Below are positions 34,628 to 43,766 of a stretch of 64,000 nucleotides of DNA, in pieces. Made by a program: the position numbers and the translations under genes. Location: positions 6,067 to 70,066 of the forward strand of contig JAHFGV010000005.1 of the NCBI GenBank assembly GCA_023247255.1, read 5' to 3'. Under the pieces are notes generated by a model. The model saw only the letters and a program-made list of their open reading frames with translations, ran no database searches and was not told the DNA's origin. Numbering within the stretch: the stretch's first letter is position 1; every line of letters begins with the position of its first letter. Source of the stretch: Candidatus Omnitrophota bacterium. GTDB lineage: Bacteria; Omnitrophota; Gorgyraeia; Aquiviventales; Aquiviventaceae.

Positions 34628-36183
34628 ATGGGGGAGGCTCTGACGAGAAACGGCGGACGGATACGGCGCGTAGCGCTCTGCGCGCTCTTCACGTGCTGGA
34701 CCTGGGCGCCGCGGGCCATGGGAGAGGGCAGCGTCTCTCCAGCCGCGCAAGAGATCGACAACGCTGCCTGTCTGGCTTGCCATGGTGATCCCTCGGCAAT
34801 CCGCTTTGTGGACCACGCGAAGTTCGAGGCTTCCGTCCATGGGAGTTTTTCCTGCACTACCTGCCACGCGGATGTCGTCACCATTCCCCATGACGTGCCG
34901 CTGGAGTCGATCAGTCAGTCGCAGATCCCCCTCACGTGCGGCCAGTGCCATGAAGACATCAAGGCTGCCTACCAGCGGAGTATCCACGCTCAGGCGGTCG
35001 CCGCCGGCAAGCGCCATGCGCCCGTCTGCACCGACTGCCATGGTGAGCACTATGTGGCCCCGGTGAAAACGGAGGCGTCGAAAGTGTTTCCCTCGCACAT
35101 CCCGCAGACGTGCGCACAGTGCCACGCGGCGGAGCGCATCGTTACGAAGTATCGGTTGCCGGCGTACGTGGTCGATACGTACATGAGCAGCTTCCACGGC
35201 CTCATACACCAACTGGGATCCGTGACGGCCGCGAACTGCGCCTCCTGCCACGGGGCGCATGACATTCTCCCCGCGAACGACGAGCGTTCCTCGGTCAATC
35301 CGAAGAACCTGCCGAAAACCTGTGGCTCCTGCCATCCGGGCGTCGGCGCGTTCGTCGCACAGGGAAAGATTCACTCCGGCACACAGCCCGGAGCGGAACA
35401 TCCTGCGGTGACATTCGTTCGCCGGTTCTACCTCATCCTCATCGGTTTGGTCATTGGGGGCATGCTGATTCACAACGGTCTCGATTTCCGCAAAAAACTC
35501 TCGATCCATTACCAACGGATGGCCGCCAGCAGCGCGGTACAACGGATGAGTCTTAATGAGCGCCTTCAACATGGCGTGCTCTTGATCGCCTTTGCGACGC
35601 TCGCCTATACCGGATTTGCGTTAAAGTTCCCGCATGTCTGGTGGGCACGCCCCTTCATGGGCCGCGTCGACTGGCGCCGCCTGGGGCATCGGGGAGCGGC
35701 GGTCGTCTTCTGCCTGCTCGCCGGCTACCACCTCTGGTTCATGACGTGCACGAAACGGGGGCGGAGCGAGTTGCGCGCCTTGCGACCCGAACGAGCCGAC
35801 TTCACGCACCTGAGACGGATGCTCGGCTTCTATCTGGGTAGGAGCCGGGAGCAGCCGCGCGCGGCGCGGTACAGCTACGTGGAGAAAGCGGAGTATTGGG
35901 CGCGGTCTGGGGTTCAGTCATCATGGTGCTCACCGGCGGTCTGATGACCTGGCAGAATTGGACATTGCGCTTCCTGCCCAAGTGGGCGTTCGATGTTTTT
36001 ATCACGGTGCATTTTTATGAAGCACTCCTCGCATGCTTGGCGATCCTTATTTGGCACCTCTACTTCGTCATGTACGATCCCGATGAATACCCGATGAAGT
36101 GGACGTGGATCAGCGGCAAGGCCTCACCCACCGACGAGGCACATCGGCATCCAGGCGACGCCGAGGAAGGCAATCCAGGCTGA
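34628..36183 (+). pseudogene. CbcL-like fusion of a heptahaem cytochrome c to an FdnI/HydC-type cytochrome b membrane domain, frameshifted
   Basis: Signal peptide, 7 CXXCH motifs, then TM helices. The reading frame breaks near 35899-35905 (..KAEYWA / VWGSVIMVLTG..). The track shows two ORFs, 34628..35944 and 35896..36183. Confidence 0.65.
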
Positions 36184-36269
36184 ATCCTCTAAGACTTAAC
36201 GCCGTGTTGGCGCAAAAACATACCTCGGAGGCGCAAACGTCCTCTGTATGATAAAATAGAAACCTTGCC

Positions 36270-38051
36270 ATGACACCCTTCGTCCGATTCCTTGGATCGC
36301 TGAGCATCGCGGTGCCGCTGCTGATCGTGATTGCCCTGGTGCTCGCATGGGGCACCATCTATGAAACCCGCTTTGGCACGGCGGCGGTTCAGCGCTTTGT
36401 CTACCACGCGTGGTGGTTTCAAGCGCTCCTCGGCTTTCTGGCGATCAACCTCGCCGTGGCTGCGCTCGAGCGCTATCCGTGGCAGCGTCGACACCTGCCG
36501 TTTGTCCTGGCCCACATCGGCATCATCCTCATCCTGATTGGGGGGATTATCGGAGCCCGATTCGGCATCGAGGGTCAGATGATCATTCCGGAAGCTCAGG
36601 CCGAGCGCGTCCTCGAGCAGCCAGGCAATGTCCTTGTAGTGCGCCAGCCAAACCCGGGTCTATCTATCATCATCCCCACGCAGTTTGAAACGCAGGCCTG
36701 GGTGCATGAGCCGAACGCGACCTTTCCCGTGACTCTCGATGGCCGGACGATTGCGCTCACCGTCGACCGCTACTATCCCGACGCGGTGACGGATGAAGAA
36801 ATCACAAGCGGTGGCGCTGAGGACAATCCGGCTCTCCACATGCTGCTTACGCACAACGAGCAGCAGGATGCGGTGTGGCTCATGAGCAGGGACTCTGAGC
36901 GTTTTGGTATGGGCTGGGGTGAGGCGCACGTGCTCTTCCTTGAACCAAGAACTGCTTCTGAAGTCGATCGGCTTACTGGGGCTGGGCGCTCACCTGGCGT
37001 CGCGTCTGCGCGAGGCGTGATCGTTATCCGCCTACCCGGGATGCATGCGCCACGCGAGATTCCGGTTCCCGATGAGCGCAACCGATCCGTCGACGTCACA
37101 GGCACGCCCTATCAGATCATCTTCAAGGATTACTTTCCCGATTTTGCGATTACCGAACAGGGGATCGTGAGCCGCTCGCTTGAGGCCAATAACCCTGCGG
37201 TTTCTTTCATCATCACCGGACCCGAGGGAACCGATGCGTATTTGCTGTTTGCGCTCCATCCCGATTTTCAAACGATCCATGGCTTCGAACATAAGATCGA
37301 CGCCCAGGTGAGTTATACCCACACCGCCAGCGCTGCGCTGCCTCCCAATTGTATCGGGCTCATCCGTGCACCATCAGGAACCTTAATCGGTATCTTGACC
37401 GGCAGCGGGACCGATCGATCCGTGATCAATCCGCTGGAACTTGGCAAACGGTACACCCACCCTTCGCTCGGCTATCAGTTTGAAGTCGCCACGTACTATC
37501 CCCGTGCGGTTCTCACGCAGCACGTCACCAACCGAGGAGATGAAATCAAAGCCGAAACGCTTCATCTCGTGGGACGTGAAGGTGATCAGAGCGCAGAGGC
37601 GTGGTTGGGTTTGCGCGGCTCGGCAGAATTCGCGTTGGGAAAGGAGCCGGTTACGATTGAGTACCGACCGGCCCGATGGGAGCTGCCGTTTACCATCAAG
37701 CTCTTGGACTTTCGCAAGATCGACTATCCAGGAACGCAGATGGCCTCGGCGTTTGAAAGCGACGTGGAGCTCACCGATTCTCAGCGGGGTGTCATCCTGA
37801 TGCGCAAGATTACGATGAACAACCCCCTGCGCTACCGCGGGTTTAGCGTGTACCAATCCAGCTACATCGAAGGCCCGACGGAAACCACAGTGCTCTCGGT
37901 GCGCAATGATCCAGGAACCCCATTTGTTTATGCGGGGTTCATCATTGTGATCGCCGGCGTCGTCAGTATGTTTGTGCTCGGCACCCCCTCCACGACCGCA
38001 ACCCCTCCGCCTTCGATCCGGCGAGTACGCAGAAGGAGCCGCTCTTCATGA
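36270..38051 (+). CDS. ccsB: cytochrome c biogenesis protein CcsB/ResB (System II)
   Basis: 593 aa with the ResB-like N-terminus (SIAVPLLIVIALVLAWGTIYE), a large periplasmic domain and a C-terminal TM. Confidence 0.85.
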   Translation: MTPFVRFLGSLSIAVPLLIVIALVLAWGTIYETRFGTAAVQRFVYHAWWFQALLGFLAINLAVAALERYPWQRRHLPFVLAHIGIILILIGGIIGARFGIEGQMIIPEAQAERVLEQPGNVLVVRQPNPGLSIIIPTQFETQAWVHEPNATFPVTLDGRTIALTVDRYYPDAVTDEEITSGGAEDNPALHMLLTHNEQQDAVWLMSRDSERFGMGWGEAHVLFLEPRTASEVDRLTGAGRSPGVASARGVIVIRLPGMHAPREIPVPDERNRSVDVTGTPYQIIFKDYFPDFAITEQGIVSRSLEANNPAVSFIITGPEGTDAYLLFALHPDFQTIHGFEHKIDAQVSYTHTASAALPPNCIGLIRAPSGTLIGILTGSGTDRSVINPLELGKRYTHPSLGYQFEVATYYPRAVLTQHVTNRGDEIKAETLHLVGREGDQSAEAWLGLRGSAEFALGKEPVTIEYRPARWELPFTIKLLDFRKIDYPGTQMASAFESDVELTDSQRGVILMRKITMNNPLRYRGFSVYQSSYIEGPTETTVLSVRNDPGTPFVYAGFIIVIAGVVSMFVLGTPSTTATPPPSIRRVRRRSRSS

Positions 38052-39709
38052 AACGCGCCTTTATGACGATTATGACGATGGCGTTATTGTTCGGAGCCTT
38101 GGCGAGATTTATGAGCGTATTCGCAGATCAGCCCGTTGCCCTGCCGCGCGAGGCGCTCGAGACCATACGTCGCATGGCCATCCAACACAATGGACGCAAC
38201 AAACCCTTCGACAGCTTTGCGCGAGAAACCCTCCGACTCATCACCGGCTCAGCGCGCGTGGGAAATGAAGATCCTGTCGAAACCATCTTGACCCTCATGG
38301 CCAGTCCCGACCATGGGCAGCAGTTGCTGCTTGTGTCGGTTCCATTTATCCCTCTGCGAAAGGCTCTGGGCATGGATCCCAAGGCGACGCAGGTGTCCTA
38401 CAACGATTTGGTTGCGACACGCAAGCTCATGCGGCTGCTGCCCCCGATTGTCCAAAAGCAGCAGCGCGAAGAGAAACTTTCGATGCTGGAAGAAGAGACG
38501 ATGGATGTCTTCCAGCGATTTGCCACCCTGAGCACTCTGCTCGAGCAAAAGCTCAACCTCGTGCCTCCACCTGTTGGATCTGCAGAGCGTGTGTGGCAGC
38601 TTGTTGAGGAGCCGTCGGGCTATGCGCCAGCGCAGCAAGAGACCATTCGTACCGCATGGTCCGGGCTGATCGGTGCGGTGCAAGCTGGGCGGGGCGATGC
38701 GGTGATTACCTCAGCGCGTCATGCGGCAGATGCGCTGCGAGATCTGAGCCCTTCTCGCTATCCTCCTCGGTGGCGATTAGCGTTCGAGGTGTTCTACAAC
38801 CACGTCGCGCCATTTCGAATCGCCCAAGGGTTCTATCTGCTCTCAGCGATCCTGTTGTTTCTGAGCCTTGGCGCATTGAAGAAATTCCGGCCAGCGCTTT
38901 TGGGATTTGTCGCTTGCTGCTTCGCGTTTCTCGCGCATGGATCAGGTATCCTGATGCGCGTTGTTCTGGGTGAGCGTCCGCCGGTCTCGAATTTTTTTGA
39001 GACCACGCTGTGGCTGCCGTTCGTCGCAGTCGCCATTGCGCTCATCCTGGAACGTGTGTACCGGACTCGTTACATCGCCCTGGCTGCGGCGATCCTTGCG
39101 ACAATCACCCTGGTTCTCGCGGATCATCTGCCGCTGGACTCGAGCATCTCTCCGGTGGTCGCCGTGCTCCACAGCAATCTCTGGTTGACGATTCACGTGT
39201 TGACCATCGTGGCGAGCTACGGCGCGCTGACCCTGGCGATTGTGCTGGCGCACATGTATGGGGGGATGTACCTGAGTCGCCGCACGAGCGGCTCAACGTT
39301 AGATGCGTTGGGGACATTTCTCTATCGCGTCATCCAAGTCGGCGTCGTGTTATTGGCGGCGGGGATCATGCTGGGCGCCGTGTGGGCCAACGCCTCTTGG
39401 GGCCGTTACTGGGGCTGGGATCCGAAAGAGACCTGGGCGTTGATTACCCTCATCTGGTTCCTGGCGCTGCTGCACGGACGCTTCGCCGGATGGATCAGCG
39501 GTGTTGGCGTAGCCCTGTGCACCGTCGGCGGATTTTTTCTGCTGCTGATGACCTACTACGGTGTCAGCTTCTATCTCGTCGGTCTGCACAGCTATGCCGG
39601 TGCTCATGCCAAGCCCTTGCCCCCAGTTCTCATCGCCTACCTCATCGCTGAACTGGCGTTCATCATCGTGGTGAGCGTCTCAGCCATACTCCGCAGGCGG
39701 CCAGCGTAG
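38048..39709 (+). CDS. ccsA: cytochrome c biogenesis protein CcsA/ResC with N-terminal extension
   Basis: The ATG overlaps the ccsB stop (ATGA). W-rich motif WGRYWGWDPKETWALITLIW. About 240 extra N-terminal residues. Confidence 0.85.
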   Translation: MKRAFMTIMTMALLFGALARFMSVFADQPVALPREALETIRRMAIQHNGRNKPFDSFARETLRLITGSARVGNEDPVETILTLMASPDHGQQLLLVSVPFIPLRKALGMDPKATQVSYNDLVATRKLMRLLPPIVQKQQREEKLSMLEEETMDVFQRFATLSTLLEQKLNLVPPPVGSAERVWQLVEEPSGYAPAQQETIRTAWSGLIGAVQAGRGDAVITSARHAADALRDLSPSRYPPRWRLAFEVFYNHVAPFRIAQGFYLLSAILLFLSLGALKKFRPALLGFVACCFAFLAHGSGILMRVVLGERPPVSNFFETTLWLPFVAVAIALILERVYRTRYIALAAAILATITLVLADHLPLDSSISPVVAVLHSNLWLTIHVLTIVASYGALTLAIVLAHMYGGMYLSRRTSGSTLDALGTFLYRVIQVGVVLLAAGIMLGAVWANASWGRYWGWDPKETWALITLIWFLALLHGRFAGWISGVGVALCTVGGFFLLLMTYYGVSFYLVGLHSYAGAHAKPLPPVLIAYLIAELAFIIVVSVSAILRRRPA

Positions 39710-39820
39710 CGTTCTCGCCTTCTTCCCTAAGGGATCATGCGCCCAAGGAATTCTCATCTCCTCTTTATCCTTGACCTCCTCTACGGCACATCTTAGTTGT
39801 CCAGCCGACAAAAGGTCTCC

Positions 39821-39834
39821 ATGACGTTCGTCAT
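39821..39834. promoter_or_regulatory. Crp/Fnr-type dyad site 3
   Basis: CC-ATGAC-GTTC-GTCAT-GGAAGA. Confidence 0.5.
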
Positions 39835-39929
39835 GGAAGACTCTTATCCGGAGCCGCTATCCTCTTTTTCATGACACATCCGTGAATCACGGCTACAAAT
39901 GGCCGACTTGCTGACGATAAGGTCGTTTC

Positions 39930-39960
39930 TCACAAAGTTCACACCCTGTGAACATTGTGA
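39930..39960. promoter_or_regulatory. 31-nt near-perfect palindrome (operator or hairpin candidate)
   Basis: TCACAAAGTTCACA-CCC-TGTGAACATTGTGA. Arms are 13/14 complementary. Confidence 0.35.
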
Positions 39961-40157
39961 GAGGTACGTTACCGTCGACGAAGCGTGAAATTCCCGCCAG
40001 GTTTGCAACGGAGCTGTCCGGGAAGCGAGGCCGCTCCGACGAGACAGCGGTTGCCTTCGAACTCAATGTTCCCGGTTCCGTACGGTTTTGCAACACTTCT
40101 CGCTCCGCCATCGACGAGGAGCAGCGTAACTCAGACGCGATTCAGGACATAACACAG

Positions 40158-40213
40158 GACTCATGAAACAGACGTGAGCACTGCCACTAACCTCGATGCA
40201 TTTTGTAAAACCC
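40158..40213 (+). repeat. 55-nt satellite copy of the 2645-2699 element end
   Basis: GACTCATGAAACAGACGTGAGCACTGCCACTAACC is identical in both copies. CGATGCATTTTG..AAAACCC follows with 2 differences. Confidence 0.8.
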
Positions 40214-42250
40214 CAGTTACGACTGACGCCTTCCAAGTCTTCTTGCACCTGCTGTAGTGAATCCATCTGCTGCAGCGAATCTCGCGAAAGGTTGACAGGC
40301 TTGTCTGGCCAGCGTCACACGCCGAGCCTCATCGTAACCGGCAACCCCAACGTCGGGAAAAGCGTCATCTTCCAGCTCCTCACCGGCCGCTACGCCACCG
40401 TGTCGAACTATCCGGGCACCACGGTTGCAGTTACCCGAGGATCGGCTTCGTTAGACGGCCGGGTGGTTCGCGTCTACGACACGCCAGGAATCAATAGCTT
40501 GTTCGCCGCCTCAGAAGATGAGCTGGTCGCACGCGATCTGCTGCTGGGTGAACGAACCACCGTGGTGCAGGTTAGCGATGCCAAGAACCTGCTACGTGCC
40601 CTCACACTGACCTTGGAACTGGCTGAAGCTGGACTTCCATCCGTCCTGGATCTGAACATGATGGACGAAGCCAGGGAACGTCGAATCAGCATTGATACGA
40701 AGAAGCTCTCAGGGTTACTTGGGATCTCGGTTGTGCCGACCATTGCAACGCAGCGGTGGGGTATCGAGCGGTTGCGTCGAGTGATCCTGCAGGCACAGCA
40801 GGCTCGGGTTGGCGTTTGCTACCCCAAAGTGATTGAAGATGCCATTGCCAAGATGGTGGAGGTCCTACCAAAGACGCTGGGCGTACGGAAAGCCCTGGCG
40901 TTGTTCTGGCTTGCTGGGGATCGGAACATCATCGAGCAGCTCAAGAAGCAATTCGACCCATCAATCATCGAGGCGCTGACGGCAATCGCTGCGCAGGCTC
41001 AAGAACAGACCTCTGGCCCATTAGGGTTGCTGATCAGTCAAGCCCGACTCCGCGAGGCCGAGCGACTCGTCAAGCAGGTGATGACGACTGCACCTCTGGA
41101 GCGCCAGCGGTGGTTTTACCGCCTGGGTGATTGGGCGATGCACCCGGTTTGGGGGGTGCCCATCCTCGTTGGCGTCCTGGTCATGATGTACTTCCTCGTC
41201 GGAAATCTCGCAGCTCAGCGTGGCGTAGATTTCCTAGAAGACGTGGTCTTTGGGCGCTACCTCACCCCAGTCTTTCAGTGGGTTGTTCAAGGGGCGATCC
41301 CTTGGGGGTGGCTCAAGGCGCTCTTCATCGGTGAGTACGGCCTGCTGACGATGGCTCTGCCCTACGCTTTTGCGATCATCCTGCCCATCGTGGGGATGTT
41401 CTTTCTCTGCTTCGGATTGCTTGAGGATGTGGGCTACCTTCCTCGACTAGCCGTGATGGCCAATCGCTTTTGTCGGCTCCTGGGTCTCAACGGCAAGGCG
41501 GTGCTCCCACTCGTGCTGGGGTTGGGATGCGACACAATGGCCACGATGACCGCCCGCATCCTCGACTCGGATCGGGATCGGATCATCACAACGCTCTTGT
41601 TGGCACTCGGCATCCCTTGTTCCGCTCAACTGGGCGTCATCCTAGCGATGCTGGCGGGCCGCCCGCCGTTGGCCCTGGGGATTTGGCTTGGCGTGTTACT
41701 CATGGTGATCATTGTGGTTGGTCAAGCCGCGTCAAGAATCCTGCCGGGCGAGGAGAGCCCGTTTCTCTACGAGATCCCACCGCTTCGCACGCCGAAGCTG
41801 TCGAATGTGCTGATCAAGACGCTGGGTCGCATCGAGTGGTATGTGAAAGAAGCCGTCCCGCTGTTCTTCCTGGGAACCCTGGTGTTATTCCTCCTCGATG
41901 TGACAGGAGCCCTGGCGGTCTTCGAGCGAATCGGGACCCCGCTCATTGTCTCGTGGCTCGGGCTGCCAGCCAAAGCGACCAGTGCATTTCTGGTGGGATT
42001 TCTCCGACGGGATTTTGGTGCGGCCGGGCTCTTCGCGCTTCAGCGAAACGGAATGTTATCTGGAGTCCAGACCGTCGTCAGCCTCGTTACCATCACGCTG
42101 TTTGTCCCCTGCATCGCCCAGTACTTCATGATGGTCAAAGAGCGCGGCTGGAAACTCGCAAATCTGATGGCGGGGTTTGTCTTCGGGATGGCGCTGCTTG
42201 TTGGAGGTCTCCTCTTGCGCGTTCTCACCCTGTTGCGAGTTACCCTATGA
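40196..42250 (+). CDS. feoB: ferrous iron transporter FeoB
   Basis: G-domain motifs GNPNVGKS and NYPGTTV, followed by a polytopic permease. The ATG at 40196 lies in the repeat, so the true start is uncertain (TTG near 40293 is possible). Confidence 0.9.
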   Translation: MHFVKPQLRLTPSKSSCTCCSESICCSESRERLTGLSGQRHTPSLIVTGNPNVGKSVIFQLLTGRYATVSNYPGTTVAVTRGSASLDGRVVRVYDTPGINSLFAASEDELVARDLLLGERTTVVQVSDAKNLLRALTLTLELAEAGLPSVLDLNMMDEARERRISIDTKKLSGLLGISVVPTIATQRWGIERLRRVILQAQQARVGVCYPKVIEDAIAKMVEVLPKTLGVRKALALFWLAGDRNIIEQLKKQFDPSIIEALTAIAAQAQEQTSGPLGLLISQARLREAERLVKQVMTTAPLERQRWFYRLGDWAMHPVWGVPILVGVLVMMYFLVGNLAAQRGVDFLEDVVFGRYLTPVFQWVVQGAIPWGWLKALFIGEYGLLTMALPYAFAIILPIVGMFFLCFGLLEDVGYLPRLAVMANRFCRLLGLNGKAVLPLVLGLGCDTMATMTARILDSDRDRIITTLLLALGIPCSAQLGVILAMLAGRPPLALGIWLGVLLMVIIVVGQAASRILPGEESPFLYEIPPLRTPKLSNVLIKTLGRIEWYVKEAVPLFFLGTLVLFLLDVTGALAVFERIGTPLIVSWLGLPAKATSAFLVGFLRRDFGAAGLFALQRNGMLSGVQTVVSLVTITLFVPCIAQYFMMVKERGWKLANLMAGFVFGMALLVGGLLLRVLTLLRVTL

Positions 42251-42323
42251 TTCCACCACCTGTGTGTTGGCCGCAGGCCGGGCGCTGGCGTGGCACGCGG
42301 CCCCCTCGATGGAGCCAGCGACC

Positions 42324-42344
42324 GGTTTCGCCTTCGGCGAAACC
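42324..42344 (+). terminator. stem-loop after feoB (weak terminator candidate)
   Basis: GGTTTCGCC-TTC-GGCGAAACC, a perfect 9-bp stem. No clear U-tract. Confidence 0.3.
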
Positions 42345-42359
42345 ATATAGTGTGGTAGG

Positions 42360-42563
42360 ATGACCTGTCCGCTCTGCGGCTTTGCCTTCGGAGAGAGGGA
42401 GCAAACCTGGGCTTGTCAGCGTTGCCCCTTGGCGTCCGGCTGTCGACTTACCCGCTGCCCACGATGCGGCTATGAGTGGGCAGAGGAATCACGGTTGGTG
42501 AACTGGCTCAAAGAGCGCTGGCGTATCCTCGAACGCCCCAACGGTCATGACGATCCATCGTGA
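42360..42563 (+). CDS. small Cys-rich zinc-ribbon protein
   Basis: 67 aa with three CXXC pairs (CPLC, CQRC, CPRC) plus one extra Cys. Overlaps the downstream regulator gene. Confidence 0.45.
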   Translation: MTCPLCGFAFGEREQTWACQRCPLASGCRLTRCPRCGYEWAEESRLVNWLKERWRILERPNGHDDPS

Positions 42564-43254
42564 GCAGATTGAAGAGTTGCTGGAGCTGTGCTGGACAGCG
42601 GCAGAGGACGGCCTGGCGCCGCTTGATCGCCACCAGTTGCCGACGCAGCTTCTGTGTTTTCTTCCGCACCCCATTGAGCCAAACGGCGATGTCCAACAGG
42701 AAACTATCGATGTGATGGTTCAGGAAGGACTCCTGTTGAGTGACGGTCGGCGCATCCGATTAAGTGCGACGGGAACGCCCCAGGCCAAAGAGGTGGTCCG
42801 TCGGCATCGCCTTACCGAGGTGCTCCTCCATACCCTCCTTGACATCTCCGAAGAATCTATGGAGTCGACCGCTTGCCAAGTGGAGCATATCCTCAATGCC
42901 GAGGTGACCGAAGCGGTGTGCACATTCCTGGGTCATCCCCCGATCTGCCCGCATGGCCGTGCCATCCCACAGGGCCATTGCTGTGAAACTTCGCGCGCGA
43001 GGCTAGAGCCACTCATTGTTCCTTTAGCTCGCTTAACGATTGGCGAGACAGCGAGCGTCGCGTTTGTACACACCACGCGACACGCCTATCTTCAGCGTCT
43101 GAGCACGTTGGGGCTTGCACCCGGACGGCCCATTCGATTGCGTCAAACGCAACCTGCGCTTGTTGTGCAAGTGGGAGAAACCGAGCTCGCCTTAGATAAC
43201 GAGGCTGGCCAAGAAATCTTCGTGAGGCGAAACCCACACAACACCCCTGCGTAG
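42547..43254 (+). CDS. DtxR/MntR-family metalloregulator with C-terminal FeoA (SH3-like) domain
   Basis: VVRRHRLTEVLLHTLL...ACQVEHIL...GHPPICPHGRAIP (metal-site and dimerisation region). The C-terminus is FeoA-like. Confidence 0.7.
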   Translation: MTIHREQIEELLELCWTAAEDGLAPLDRHQLPTQLLCFLPHPIEPNGDVQQETIDVMVQEGLLLSDGRRIRLSATGTPQAKEVVRRHRLTEVLLHTLLDISEESMESTACQVEHILNAEVTEAVCTFLGHPPICPHGRAIPQGHCCETSRARLEPLIVPLARLTIGETASVAFVHTTRHAYLQRLSTLGLAPGRPIRLRQTQPALVVQVGETELALDNEAGQEIFVRRNPHNTPA

Positions 43255-43308
43255 CCTTCCACACGACCCAAGTCCCCTGGACGCCGTGTAATCAGAATCT
43301 ATCCATCC

Positions 43309-43322
43309 ATGACTCCCGTCAT
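43309..43322. promoter_or_regulatory. Crp/Fnr-type dyad site 4
   Basis: CC-ATGAC-TCCC-GTCAT-GGAAGA. Flanks are identical to site 3. Confidence 0.5.
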
Positions 43323-43581
43323 GGAAGAGCCTAGAGCAGATGCTGTAGGCTTTGATGTGCAGATGGACACAGTGACGGTCCGTGAGAAAATTAAGCGGCT
43401 GAAGACTACTCGACAGGCGCTGAGCTGGTCCGAGGAGGTCTGTGCCTATCACCTGGGCGTGACGTACTCGACCTTGAACCGTTGGGAGCGCGGCGAGTCC
43501 TTGCCGAAGAGCCGCGCGGTGCTCAAAGCGATTGACCAGTTCATTGCCCGGCACAGCAAGGAACAAGTCGGAAGGAGGTAA
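43309..43581 (+). CDS. XRE-family helix-turn-helix protein
   Basis: HTH sequence [29 protein letters not shown]. The track ATG at 43309 is part of the dyad, so ATG 43363 is the more likely start. Confidence 0.55.
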   Translation: MTPVMEEPRADAVGFDVQMDTVTVREKIKRLKTTRQALSWSEEVCAYHLGVTYSTLNRWERGESLPKSRAVLKAIDQFIARHSKEQVGRR

Positions 43582-43586
43582 CAGGC

Positions 43587-43760
43587 ATGTTTGGGAATAT
43601 TGGGTTTCCAGAGCTGTTGGTGATTTTGTCGATCGTGCTCCTCCTCTTTGGGGCCAAGCGGCTGCCGGAGATTGCGCGTGGCTTGGGGAAGTCGCTCTCT
43701 GAATTCAAGAAGGGACTGAAGGAGATCGAGCACGACGTCAACGATGTCAAGAAGGTCTGA
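43587..43760 (+). CDS. tatA: twin-arginine translocase subunit TatA/E
   Basis: 57 aa, below the track cutoff. [42 protein letters not shown] lies upstream. Confidence 0.85.
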   Translation: MFGNIGFPELLVILSIVLLLFGAKRLPEIARGLGKSLSEFKKGLKEIEHDVNDVKKV

Positions 43761-43766
43761 GCGAAG

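Noticed and set aside
35896-35908. Programmed ribosomal frameshift or selenocysteine recoding in the CbcL-like gene.
   Set aside because: There is no slippery X-XXY-YYZ heptamer, no in-frame TGA at the junction and no obvious downstream stimulatory structure. A simple indel is the more economical explanation.
39821-39874. 17-codon ORF MTFVMEDSYPEPLSSFS, whose first residues resemble the start of the XRE ORF (MTPVMEE).
   Set aside because: The resemblance is explained by the shared DNA dyad CCATGAC-N4-GTCATGGAAGA. There is no RBS and no other coding signal.
41470-42363. 297-aa ORF overlapping feoB in another frame. Other internal alternative-frame ORFs occur at 39010..39651, 18396..18983 and 33014..33730.
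   Set aside because: They are out-of-frame overlaps of well-supported genes, with Arg/Gly/Pro-rich composition.
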